Below, in pieces: positions 1-9,039 of a DNA stretch of 34,975 bases (the first letter of the stretch is position 1; every line of letters starts with the position of its first letter). The DNA comes from a bacterium. GTDB lineage: Bacteria > Bacteroidota > Bacteroidia > Bacteroidales > Bacteroidaceae. Location: assembly GCA_963623895.1 (NCBI GenBank), contig CAVFOF010000002.1, positions 1 to 34,975 of the forward strand, in the 5' to 3' direction. The notes under the pieces are model-generated. The model saw only the letters and a list, made by a program, of their open reading frames with translations, was not told where the DNA came from and made no database searches. The position numbers were made by a program, and so were the translations under genes.

Positions 1-1
1 C

Positions 2-592
2 GATAACGCCCATTATGGGAAGGTGCCGTTTGATGTGCCAAGTTCGTGGGAATGGACGACGCTGGGAGAAATATGTACGTTCTTGTCAAGAGGTAAATCA
101 CCCAAATATAAAGATGATGATAGAAGATACCCAGTATTTGCACAAAAATGCAATTTGAAAGATGGTGGTATCTCATTGGAGCAAGCAAGATTTTTAGATC
201 CTGCTACTGTTGAGAAATGGGGAGAGGAATATAAGTTGAAAACAGGGGATGTCCTGATAAATTCCACAGGAACAGGCACTGTGGGCAGAACGCGTCTGTT
301 TTCGGAGGCTTGCTTAGGTCGTTATCCGTTTGTTTTGCCAGACTCTCATGTTTCAGTTGTAAGAACACATGATGAAATTGATTCTGATTTTACATATTAC
401 TATATATCGTCAGGTTTGACACAACACTATTTAGAGGATAATTTAGCAGGAAGCACCAATCAAAAAGAATTGTATATAGGTGTTTTAGATACTATGAAAT
501 TCCCCCTTCCCCCCATCGCCGAGCAACACCGAATAGTATCCAAGATAGAAGAACTCTTTGCTCAGCTCGACCGCATAGAAGCAGAGTTGTGA
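2..592 (+). CDS. hsdS: Type I restriction-modification specificity subunit, 5'-truncated (one TRD plus conserved C-terminal helix)
   Basis: Frame is open from base 2 (DNAHYGKVPFDVPSSWEWTTLGEI). It has the HsdS conserved blocks P..W.W..LG.I and FPLPPIAEQHRIVSKIEELFAQLD. The TRD is AT-rich compared with neighbouring genes. Confidence 0.9.
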   Translation, partial: DNAHYGKVPFDVPSSWEWTTLGEICTFLSRGKSPKYKDDDRRYPVFAQKCNLKDGGISLEQARFLDPATVEKWGEEYKLKTGDVLINSTGTGTVGRTRLFSEACLGRYPFVLPDSHVSVVRTHDEIDSDFTYYYISSGLTQHYLEDNLAGSTNQKELYIGVLDTMKFPLPPIAEQHRIVSKIEELFAQLDRIEAEL

Positions 593-600
593 GCAATATG

Positions 601-637
601 TTTAGCCATCGTAAGTGACATGCTTGCGGTGGCTAAA
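601..637. terminator. Hairpin between convergent hsdS and the membrane-protein gene
   Basis: tttagccatcgtaag-tgacatg-cttgcggtggctaaa forms a 15-bp stem with G-U pairs. Confidence 0.5.
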
Positions 638-741
638 TGCCATAATTACGGCTTGCAATAGACATCGTTGATAAGGTTGTGAGACACAAGTCTGGCCCCG
701 TGTCCCAGTATAAGGAATAGCTTCCGCTATGGCCTTCGGCC

Positions 742-1095
742 TTAGCGAGCCTCCTTGCGCTGCTCGGCATCGATGCGAAAGATGGTGTAAACCTCGAACA
801 CTACGGCAATGAGCAACATGATTTTCCATTCACCCCCACGGAAGGGCTTTATCTGCCATAACTCCATAAACATCATGACGGCCGTGAGCAGCAACGTGAA
901 GGCACCCACCACTTGCTGACGGCGCAGGTGACGCACCACGAGGTTGCGCCCCTTGTAAGTGTCCGCCATTTGGGCTGGGGCAAAGAGCAAGGCTCCTACG
1001 GCAAACACGTAAGGAGCCACTGCGGGAAGAAGCAAGGGAAGCACGGCACCCACCACTAGGGCGATGCCACCAACGTAATAAGCTAGTTGTTTCAT
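742..1095 (-). CDS. Small 4-TM hypothetical membrane protein
   Basis: 117 aa with four hydrophobic segments. Its start overlaps the ftsB stop, suggesting translational coupling. Confidence 0.75.
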   Translation of the reverse strand: MKQLAYYVGGIALVVGAVLPLLLPAVAPYVFAVGALLFAPAQMADTYKGRNLVVRHLRRQQVVGAFTLLLTAVMMFMELWQIKPFRGGEWKIMLLIAVVFEVYTIFRIDAEQRKEAR

Positions 1096-1409
1096 TAGTT
1101 TGTGGGGCTAGTGTTATTAATGACATACACGTCCTCATCGGCCGTCTTCATGTAGAGATTCACGCGTGCCACGCGCTCCACAGCTTCGGGACTATTTTCT
1201 AGCTCGTTGAGCTCGCGCGTGTCGGCATTGTAGCGGTCGGTGTAGGTTTTAATTTGTTGTCGAAGTTCGTTGTTGTGTTGTTCTATCTCGTAGCGATGCC
1301 AAAAGCTGTTGGGGTCGGCAAATCCCACGATGGCAATGAAGACCACGATGGTCCACAAATACTTTTTATTAATGATGTTAAAGCAGAAGTTTCTTAATTT
1401 ACGACCCAT
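1095..1409 (-). CDS. ftsB: Septum formation initiator (FtsB/DivIC family)
   Basis: N-terminal TM, a coiled coil, then the DivIC-type motif EAVERVARVNLYMKTADEDVY. Confidence 0.8.
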   Translation of the reverse strand: MGRKLRNFCFNIINKKYLWTIVVFIAIVGFADPNSFWHRYEIEQHNNELRQQIKTYTDRYNADTRELNELENSPEAVERVARVNLYMKTADEDVYVINNTSPTN

Positions 1410-1449
1410 AAGCGTGCGTGTGCTAGAATGTGAGTTCTACATCTTGGGG

Positions 1450-1457
1450 CAAAGTTA
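1450..1457 (-). promoter_or_regulatory. Bacteroidetes -7 promoter box for ftsB
   Basis: TAACTTTG on the minus strand about 40 bp upstream of the ATG, matching consensus TAnnTTTG. Confidence 0.6.
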
Positions 1458-1593
1458 GCTAAAATCTCACATTTCCACAAGTTACGGGTTTAGAAATTGA
1501 GGTCAAGCTTATTGCATAAGAAAGGCTTTGAGCCTTTTCGTAATTTGCTGAAAATGAATAAAACTAAATCGCTACAACCTACGGAAACGACCT

Positions 1594-1625
1594 CAAAATT
1601 GGGGGTGACGCGTCCCCGCATCGGC
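1594..1625. repeat. REP-like element, single copy
   Basis: caaaattgggggtgacgcgtccccgcatcggc matches the copies at 12017, 31068, 34793 and 34871. Confidence 0.8.
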
Positions 1626-1786
1626 TTGGTTATAGCCGTCCATGTTGTCAGCATTTCGGCACAATGTTAACATTCTTAACTAATTTTACAAAGGAAGCAC
1701 GAGCCTCTTCCCACGAGCAAAGCAAGAGCCTGCGCTGCCAATGCGGCTGTTTGCCCAACAAAACCCCACAATTTAAAACATTTTGC

Positions 1787-1794
1787 TATCTTTG
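1787..1794 (+). promoter_or_regulatory. -7 promoter box for the APC permease pair
   Basis: TATCTTTG about 33 bp upstream of the ATG at 1828. Confidence 0.6.
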
Positions 1795-1827
1795 CAATTC
1801 ATTTCACAACACATTGCAAAATATATC

Positions 1828-3486
1828 ATGGATTTATTTGTAAAAAAGTCAGCCGAAGAGTTGCTCGCCGAGGCGGGCAACGACGGCGGCAAAGGCTTAA
1901 AACGCGTGCTAGGCACCTGGGGCTTGATAGCCCTAGGCGTGGGCGTGATTATCGGAGCGGGGCTATTCTCCGTAACGGGCATCGTGGCGGGCATGCACAC
2001 AGGGCCAGCCATCATCCTTAGTTTTGCCCTAGCAGCCGTGTGCTGCGCCTTGGCCGGGCTATGCTATGCCGAGTTTGCCTCAATGATTCCCGTGGCTGGA
2101 TCGGCCTACACCTACTCCTACTTCACCATGGGCGAACTCGTAGCCTGGATTATCGGCTGGGACCTCGTGCTAGAATATGCCCTAGCAGCCATGACGGTAA
2201 GCATCTCGTGGAGCCGCTACTTCAGCGTGATGATGGACGACCTCGGGTGGCACTTGCCCGTGGAGTGGACAGCCTGCCCGGCCGACGGCGGCGTGTTCAA
2301 CCTTCCAGCCACCCTGCTCATCGTGTTGCTTTCCTGCATCTTGATGCGAGGCACAAAGGGCAGCTCAAAGTTCAACGACTTTCTCGTGGTCTTGAAGATA
2401 GCCGTAGTGTTCCTATTCATATTCATCGGCTTTAAATACATCCGTTCAGAAAATCTCACCCCCTTCATCCCGCAAAACACGGGCGTGTTTGGCGAATACG
2501 GCTGGTCGGGCGTGTTGCGAGGAGCAGCCATCGTGTTCTTCGCCTTCTTAGGCTTCGACGCCATCAGCACCGCAGCCCAAGAAACGAAAAACCCGCGCCA
2601 CAACATGCCCATCGGCATCTTGGGTTCGCTACTTATCTGCACCGTGCTCTACATGGTGTTTGCCCTCGTGATGACGGGCGTGGTGGACTATCACGCCTAC
2701 ATCGGAGCCGACAGCATTGCGCCCGCCGCCACAGCCATTGCCCACATGGGCGAAACGGCCGCCGACGGCACGATTACACCCGCCTATCCTTGGCTCAATC
2801 GGGGCATCATCCTAGCCATCTTGATGGGCTACGCTAGCGTAGTATTGGTGACGCTATTAGGCCAAAGCCGAGTGTTCTACAGCATGAGTCGCGACGGCCT
2901 ACTCCCCCCCATTTTCTCACACCTACACCAACGCTTTCACACACCGGCTCGAAGCAATGCGCTATTTATGACGGTGATAGGCCTGCTGGCGGGCGTGGTG
3001 CCAGCTAGCATGGCGGGCGAAATGACAAGCATCGGCACGCTCTTCGCCTTTGCCCTAGTGTGCTTGGGCGTAATCGTAGTGCGCCGCACGCAGCCCAATG
3101 CGCCTCGCAGTTTCAAGACGCCCTTCGTGCCATGGATTCCCGCAGCAGGCGTGGTGTGCTGCGTAAGCATGATGCTCTTCCTTCCGGCCGACACGTGGAT
3201 TCGCCTCGTTATCTGGATGCTCATCGGCCTCGACGTCTACTCGTATTATGGTGTGAAACACAGCGTGGCGGGCGGTGGACATAGCCGCCGACACGGACAG
3301 ACAATTCTCAACGCCATCGCCGTGTTCGTAGCCGTGCTATGCGTAGTCACGGCCTTCTGGCATCAGCAAACGAAGGGGTGGGACGCTGACCACACGCTCT
3401 TCTGGATAGCCATCGCCTTCGGCATTGGCCATATCTTCTTCTACCTCGTTAGAAGTTTTCGCCACGGTCACGCCACCCACAAGTAG
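1828..3486 (+). CDS. APC-family amino acid permease (ApcT/CAT-like), paralog 1
   Basis: Motifs GVIIGAGLF, CYAEFASMIPVAGSAYTY, FFAFLGFD, GQSRVFYSMSRDG. Start moved to ATG 1828 because the ORF-track extension overlaps the promoter and is absent from paralog 2. Confidence 0.92.
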   Translation: MDLFVKKSAEELLAEAGNDGGKGLKRVLGTWGLIALGVGVIIGAGLFSVTGIVAGMHTGPAIILSFALAAVCCALAGLCYAEFASMIPVAGSAYTYSYFTMGELVAWIIGWDLVLEYALAAMTVSISWSRYFSVMMDDLGWHLPVEWTACPADGGVFNLPATLLIVLLSCILMRGTKGSSKFNDFLVVLKIAVVFLFIFIGFKYIRSENLTPFIPQNTGVFGEYGWSGVLRGAAIVFFAFLGFDAISTAAQETKNPRHNMPIGILGSLLICTVLYMVFALVMTGVVDYHAYIGADSIAPAATAIAHMGETAADGTITPAYPWLNRGIILAILMGYASVVLVTLLGQSRVFYSMSRDGLLPPIFSHLHQRFHTPARSNALFMTVIGLLAGVVPASMAGEMTSIGTLFAFALVCLGVIVVRRTQPNAPRSFKTPFVPWIPAAGVVCCVSMMLFLPADTWIRLVIWMLIGLDVYSYYGVKHSVAGGGHSRRHGQTILNAIAVFVAVLCVVTAFWHQQTKGWDADHTLFWIAIAFGIGHIFFYLVRSFRHGHATHK

Positions 3487-3535
3487 CTGCGCCACTAGCC
3501 GAAACACTCTTTGTGAAACATAAATGCTATAAACT

Positions 3536-5203
3536 ATGACTGACTTATTTGCTAAAAAATCGGCCGACGAGTTGCTACGTGAAGCCGACAACGACGGCGG
3601 ACGCGGACTGAAGCGCGTGCTAGGTCCTTGGGGCTTGATAGCCTTGGGCGTGGGCGTGATTATCGGTGCGGGGTTGTTCTCCGTCACGGGCATCGTGGCA
3701 GGAGCCCACACGGGACCGGCCATCGTGCTGAGTTTTGCCTTGGCCGCCATTTGCTGCGCCTTGGCCGGCCTTTGCTATGCCGAATTTGCCTCGATGATAC
3801 CCGTGGCTGGCTCAGCCTACACCTACTCCTACTTCACCATGGGCGAACTCGTAGCCTGGATTATCGGGTGGGACTTGGTGTTGGAATACACCGTGGCCTC
3901 CGTTGCCATCGCCATCTCTTGGAGTAAATACTTCTGCATCATGCTCGCCCAAATGGGTTGGGGCTTGCCCTTGGAGTGGACGGCTTGCCCAGCCGAAGGG
4001 GGCGTGTTCAACCTTCCAGCCGCCGCACTCGTGGTGGTGCTTTCGCTCATCCTAATGCGCGGCACAGAGGGCAGTTCGAAATTCAACGACCTCATGGTCA
4101 CACTGAAGATTGCCGTGGTGCTCGCCTTCATCTTCATCGGTTTTAAATATATCCGCACGGAGAACCTCACCCCCTTCATCCCTGAAAACACAGGCGTGTT
4201 TGGCGAGTACGGCTGGTCGGGCGTGTTGCGTGGAGCCGCCATCGTGTTCTTCGCCTACATCGGTTTCGACGCAGTGAGCACAGCAGCTCAAGAGACGAAG
4301 AACCCGCGCCGCAACATGCCAATCGGCATCATGGGTTCACTGCTCATCTGTAGCATCCTCTACATGACCTTCTCATTCGTCATGACGGGCGTGGTCAACT
4401 ACAAAGCCTATATCGGAGCGGAAAGCATTGCGCCTGCTGCCACGGCCGTGGCCAACATGGGTCCTATAGGAGCCGACGGCGTGGTAGTGCCCGCCTTTCC
4501 TTGGCTCAACCGTGGCATCATCGTAGCCATACTGCTTGGCTACGCTAGCGTAGTGTTGGTGATGATGTTGGGACAAAGCCGCGTGTTCTACAGCATGAGC
4601 AAGGACGGCCTACTACCGCCCCTCTTCTCACACCTCCACAAGCGTTTCCACACCCCAGCCCGAAGCAACCTGCTCTTCATGGTGATTATCGCCACATTGG
4701 CTGGCATCATACCGCCCGACATTGCGGGCGAAATGACGAGCATCGGCACGCTCTTCGCGTTTGCCCTAGTCTGCCTCGGCGTGATTGTAGTACGTCGCAC
4801 GCAGCCCAACGCCCCTCGTGGATTTAAGACACCACTCGTGCCGTGGATTCCCGCAGCTGGCCTCATCTGCTGTGTGGCAATGATGCTCTTCTTGCCCGCC
4901 GACACGTGGATTCGCCTTGTGGTGTGGATGCTTATCGGCATCGACATCTACTCCTTCTACGGCATTCGCCACAGCACGCTTGGCGGTGGCTCCGTGCGCC
5001 GTCATGGGCAGACCATACTGAGCGGCATCGGCGTGTTCATCGGCTTCTTGTGTGTGCTCACAGGCTTCTGGCATCAGCAAACGGTGGGATGGAACGAGAG
5101 TAAACTCATGTTCATCATTGCCACCGTGTTCGGCCTAGCCCACGTGCTCTTCTTCCTCGTGCGCGGCACGCTTGCTAGAAGAAGAGACGCTAGGGAAAAA
5201 TAA
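3536..5203 (+). CDS. APC-family amino acid permease (ApcT/CAT-like), paralog 2
   Basis: Same motifs (FFAYIGFDAVS); collinear tandem paralog of 1828..3486. Confidence 0.92.
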   Translation: MTDLFAKKSADELLREADNDGGRGLKRVLGPWGLIALGVGVIIGAGLFSVTGIVAGAHTGPAIVLSFALAAICCALAGLCYAEFASMIPVAGSAYTYSYFTMGELVAWIIGWDLVLEYTVASVAIAISWSKYFCIMLAQMGWGLPLEWTACPAEGGVFNLPAAALVVVLSLILMRGTEGSSKFNDLMVTLKIAVVLAFIFIGFKYIRTENLTPFIPENTGVFGEYGWSGVLRGAAIVFFAYIGFDAVSTAAQETKNPRRNMPIGIMGSLLICSILYMTFSFVMTGVVNYKAYIGAESIAPAATAVANMGPIGADGVVVPAFPWLNRGIIVAILLGYASVVLVMMLGQSRVFYSMSKDGLLPPLFSHLHKRFHTPARSNLLFMVIIATLAGIIPPDIAGEMTSIGTLFAFALVCLGVIVVRRTQPNAPRGFKTPLVPWIPAAGLICCVAMMLFLPADTWIRLVVWMLIGIDIYSFYGIRHSTLGGGSVRRHGQTILSGIGVFIGFLCVLTGFWHQQTVGWNESKLMFIIATVFGLAHVLFFLVRGTLARRRDAREK

Positions 5204-5271
5204 GAGCGTGCCACATTGATGGCCATCGCATGCCGAGTTTTTTGGTAAGCTGATGAAGTTCACCAATATAA

Positions 5272-5319
5272 AAGCATTCGCCTCCGCTATCTATTAGAAG
5301 ATAACGGAGGCGAATGCTT
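5272..5319. terminator. Hairpin between convergent permease and rpoD
   Basis: aagcattcgcctccg...cggaggcgaatgctt forms a perfect 15-bp stem. Confidence 0.75.
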
Positions 5320-5410
5320 ATTGATAAATGGAATGGAAGAAGGCACTAGCCTAGAACGGGGGAAGACTTTAGCCTTGTAAGGAAGAAGGCACTACCCCCC
5401 TCTCTATGGT

Positions 5411-6280
5411 TTAACCTAAATACTTAGTCAGAATTTTGATGTTGTCGGCCTCACGCAAGCGACGCAGAGCACGCTCCTTGATTTGGCGCACACGCTCACG
5501 GGTAAGGTTCAACGAGTTGGCCACCTCCTCAGCGGTCATTTCGTTGCGGCCGATGCCAAAGAGCATCTTCAGCACCTGACGCTCACGATCGGAAAGCGTT
5601 TGGAGCGCAGAGTCAAGGTCGGACGAGAGCGACTCTTTCTCCATCTGGTTGTCAGTACCAGGGGCGGAGTCGTCGGTCATGATGTCGATAAGACAGTTGG
5701 AGTCGTCTTCAGCAAAGGGAGCATCTACGCTGACCTTCTTGCCGTTCGTGCCCAAGGCTTCCTGCACCTTGCTTACGTCCGTGTCGAGCAGTTCGGCCAA
5801 CTCGCCCACGGAGGGACGACGCTCAAACTCTTGCTCAAAGTTGACAATGGCCTTGGTCAACTTGCTTTGAAAGCCTACCTGATTGAGGGGCATGCGCACA
5901 ATGCGGCTCTGCTCAGAGATAGCCTGAAGAATGCTTTGACGAATCCACCAAACGGCGTAGGAGATGAACTTAAAACCGCGAGTCTCGTCGAACTTCTGTG
6001 CGGCCTTAATCAGTCCGAGGTTGCCCTCATCGATTAAGTCGTTGAGCGCAAGTCCTTGGTTTTGATACTGCTTAGCCACACTGACAACAAAGCGCAGGTT
6101 GGCACGTGTCAAGCGGTCGAGGGCAGCTTGGCCATCGGGGCCGCCACGGTGAATGCGCTGAGCGAGCTCTACCTCCTCATCGGTTGAGATAAGCTCCTCA
6201 CGGCCAATTTCCACTAAGTACTTGTCCAACGCCGCACTCTGGCGGTTGGTGATGCTTTTATTTATCTTAAGTTGTCGCAT
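5411..6280 (-). CDS. rpoD: Primary RNA polymerase sigma-70 factor (short Bacteroidetes type)
   Basis: MRQLKI N-terminus, ANLRFVVSVAKQY, KFISYAVWWIRQSI, region 4 LTRERVRQI. Confidence 0.93.
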   Translation of the reverse strand: MRQLKINKSITNRQSAALDKYLVEIGREELISTDEEVELAQRIHRGGPDGQAALDRLTRANLRFVVSVAKQYQNQGLALNDLIDEGNLGLIKAAQKFDETRGFKFISYAVWWIRQSILQAISEQSRIVRMPLNQVGFQSKLTKAIVNFEQEFERRPSVGELAELLDTDVSKVQEALGTNGKKVSVDAPFAEDDSNCLIDIMTDDSAPGTDNQMEKESLSSDLDSALQTLSDRERQVLKMLFGIGRNEMTAEEVANSLNLTRERVRQIKERALRRLREADNIKILTKYLG

Positions 6281-6441
6281 AGTTCTACGTCTTCACGCTT
6301 TAGGGGCTTTACCTTACTACATAACAATTGCCTGCAAAGGACGTACTGATTCATTCTTCTATCCTTCCAATGCAGACAATCTACGAATGTGGCTCGTTAT
6401 CCTAAAACGTTCATTTATTTTGACTCTTCAATAATTCGGTG

Positions 6442-6449
6442 CAAAGTTA
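6442..6449 (-). promoter_or_regulatory. -7 promoter box for rpoD (implies a ~155-nt leader)
   Basis: TAACTTTG followed by CACC on the minus strand. Confidence 0.55.
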
Positions 6450-6613
6450 CAAAGAAAACAAGCACTGCGCCACAAATTTAAGGTTTATTAAGAGACGAAG
6501 ACAACAGACCTTAAATTTCTTTGTACGCATTCAACTAGGACACGACACTTTTCTCTCATCAAGAATCAGCATTTCAGCTTATTCCTTACACTTTCGACGG
6601 AGGGGTGCCAACA

Positions 6614-6654
6614 CCAAAGAGGTAAAATTCTGCGTTCGGATTTTACCTCTTTGG
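6614..6654. terminator. Hairpin downstream of the glsB-like gene
   Basis: ccaaagaggtaaaat...attttacctctttgg inverted repeat; a second hairpin lies at about 6685-6717. Confidence 0.6.
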
Positions 6655-6726
6655 TTTATTCTATTCCTATATTATATCGGCGGATTCCTCTCGCCCTCTG
6701 CGCTAGAGGCGAGGAAGAAGATAAAA

Positions 6727-7704
6727 CTAGTGTTTCTTTTTGAAGAGTTCCTCAAAAAGATTTAGGCTATCGGGATGTTCCTTTACGTAAGTGTCGATGT
6801 GGCGCATGCGCTTCTGCTCTAAGATTTCGTCCACAGCAATGAAGATGCCCGTTTCCTCCACATGGCCAAACTCATGGTTGATGGCCGTGCCAAACACGCG
6901 CATCGTGGGACTCAAGCCCATGTACGCATTGACGAGCGGGGGAATGTTGTAGCCCCGCTTGCGCACCTCCGTGTTGAGGATACGGTAGTCCGACTTGAAG
7001 TCGTCACACACGAAGAGCTTCTCTAGCTCCGCCTCGGGTGTGTCGATATGAAGCGGCTCGTAGGGGGTAATGAGCTGGTCTTTGTCGCCGAAGTGCTTTT
7101 TGAGGAAGAAGAGTATCATGTCGCGTGCCTCCCGATTGAACGAAGGGTACATAGTCATCTTGCCGAAGAAGTACTTCAAGTTGGGGATAACGACGGTGAG
7201 TGCTCCCAATCCGTCCCAAAGGTTGTCGAGAGCGAAGAGCCCTTTGCTCATGGCTCGCGTGCTTTGATACTCAAGCGTCACAAAGGAGCGACCCAATTCC
7301 ACGGTTTCGGCCATATAGGTCTTTAAGAACTCGTCGGAGAAGTGGAACATGTGGCTTGTGGCCAACTTGGGCTGCCCATTGTCATAATACTCTAGCTCGC
7401 AACCTGGCAAGAAGCGGTAACCACCGAGGATGAGCTCCTCTTCGGGGTCCCACACGATGAGCTGATAGAAGGGATGTTCACACGTGTCGAACTCGTCCCA
7501 ATCTAGCTCCATGCCCGTTCCTCCACCTGCCGCACGAAAAGCTATCTCACGCAAACGCCCTATTTCGCGCATCACGTTGGGGGCTTGTTGGTAGGTGATA
7601 ATGTAGATTTCGTTGCCAGCTTTGTTTGTAGTGCGCAAGCGGCGCTCGGGAGTGAGTTCCTGCTTTAGCAACTCTTTGTCAACAGGTGGAATAATGGGTT
7701 GCAT
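6727..7704 (-). CDS. glsB: GNAT N-acyltransferase (OlsB/GlsB, 'hemolysin' family), amino-lipid synthesis
   Basis: EIGRLREIAFR, ILGGYR, ELGRSFV, IPPLVNAYM motifs. Start reassigned to MQPIIPPV (7704). Lies downstream of a PlsC-type partner. Confidence 0.75.
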   Translation of the reverse strand: MQPIIPPVDKELLKQELTPERRLRTTNKAGNEIYIITYQQAPNVMREIGRLREIAFRAAGGGTGMELDWDEFDTCEHPFYQLIVWDPEEELILGGYRFLPGCELEYYDNGQPKLATSHMFHFSDEFLKTYMAETVELGRSFVTLEYQSTRAMSKGLFALDNLWDGLGALTVVIPNLKYFFGKMTMYPSFNREARDMILFFLKKHFGDKDQLITPYEPLHIDTPEAELEKLFVCDDFKSDYRILNTEVRKRGYNIPPLVNAYMGLSPTMRVFGTAINHEFGHVEETGIFIAVDEILEQKRMRHIDTYVKEHPDSLNLFEELFKKKH

Positions 7705-7853
7705 AGAATAGATGGATATATTTTCTGATTCTTTACGATTATATATAATAAGGTGTGGTGATGGATGGGCGTTACCGTGGGAAAGTTCTAACGGGGACGG
7801 GTGATAAACTAGAGTAGCTAGTCTCAACCGCTAAGCGCAAAGCTATGCTTACT

Positions 7854-8687
7854 CTAAAGTTCGTATACCTTTTCCTCCACCCATTTGGCCCAGTCAGCGG
7901 GGTGCTTGCTTTTATCGAATGTTTGCCATGGGATGGGCTTTCCTATCTTCACCTTAAAGGTCTTATGTCGGTTTTTGAAGAGTTCGTCGGCTAGGAAAAG
8001 CATGGCGATGTTAAACTTCAAGCCTAAGTGTTTGCCCACATTGGCCAAACGATAGAAGCGATCGGAGTTGCGTCCGCCGAAATAGATGGGCACCACGTTG
8101 CGTTGCGTCTCCTTACTTTTCACAATGAACGTCTTGTTCCAAGGTAGGTCGTGGATTACTCCATTGCTTCGGCGAGAGCATAGCCCAGCGGGGAACATGA
8201 TGACGTGGTTGTCGCTTTGGAAGGCGGCCTCAACCATCCGTGGAAGGTCGCGGCTCTGCTTTCCCGTTTTGTTGATGGGCACGCAGAGCGGAGCCAAGCC
8301 GTGAAGGTTCATCAAGAGGTCGTTGACGAGGTAACGGATGCGCCCCTCGTAGTGATGCCCCAGTATCTGCCCTATCGCTATGCCGTCGGCTCCTCCGAGG
8401 GGGTGATTGCTAACAAAGGTAAAGCGTTGGTCGGTGTCGACGGGCAGGTTCTCTAAGCCCTCAACGTCGAGGTGTAGGTCGAGATAGTCCATCACCGCAT
8501 CGAGCCAAGGCACTCCTTGTAGGTGTCCCTTGGTGGCCATAAATTCGTTAATCTCGTCTTGATGTACAATTTGCTTAAGCCATGAGCGCACAAAGCGTGG
8601 CACAAAACGGGCTTTCGCCCCTGCCTTGCTATTAAGCACTTGGTCAATGTCTATCTTAAAGAGTGTATCGTCGTTCACGGTTTTCAT
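7854..8687 (-). CDS. glsA: PlsC-type O-acyltransferase (GlsA-like)
   Basis: HX4D motif NHPLGGADG and FPAG block; paired with the GNAT gene as in Bacteroides glsAB. Confidence 0.72.
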   Translation of the reverse strand: MKTVNDDTLFKIDIDQVLNSKAGAKARFVPRFVRSWLKQIVHQDEINEFMATKGHLQGVPWLDAVMDYLDLHLDVEGLENLPVDTDQRFTFVSNHPLGGADGIAIGQILGHHYEGRIRYLVNDLLMNLHGLAPLCVPINKTGKQSRDLPRMVEAAFQSDNHVIMFPAGLCSRRSNGVIHDLPWNKTFIVKSKETQRNVVPIYFGGRNSDRFYRLANVGKHLGLKFNIAMLFLADELFKNRHKTFKVKIGKPIPWQTFDKSKHPADWAKWVEEKVYEL

Positions 8688-8786
8688 GCTTTACCGAATG
8701 CAAATGTACGAATAATTTTTGCCTCATTAGCAAGCTTGCACATTTCTTTTCAAAAATTTCATTGCTGTTCGCTGCGTTGCAACAAC

Positions 8787-8836
8787 AAAAGAGGCTGAAA
8801 CCTTGAACCATTGCGTTCAACGCTTCAGCCTCTTTT
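8787..8836 (-). terminator. Intrinsic terminator after rpmH
   Basis: aaaagaggctgaa...ttcagcctctttt stem with A/T tails. Confidence 0.75.
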
Positions 8837-8880
8837 CTCTGCCCATCTATGCACGATGGGGTAAAGAAAGGCAGAATGAA

Positions 8881-9039
8881 TTATTTCTTGCCATGAACTT
8901 CGTCAGAAACGGTCAGCTTCTTGCGACCTTTTGCACGACGTGATGCCAATACGCGACGGCCATTGGCAGTTTGCATACGCTGACGGAAACCATGCTTATT
9001 GTTTCTCTTGCGATTGTGGGGTTGGAATGTTCTTTTCAT
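8881..9039 (-). CDS. rpmH: 50S ribosomal protein L34 (not in ORF track)
   Basis: Manual translation: [52 protein letters not shown]. Confidence 0.98.
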   Translation of the reverse strand: MKRTFQPHNRKRNNKHGFRQRMQTANGRRVLASRRAKGRKKLTVSDEVHGKK

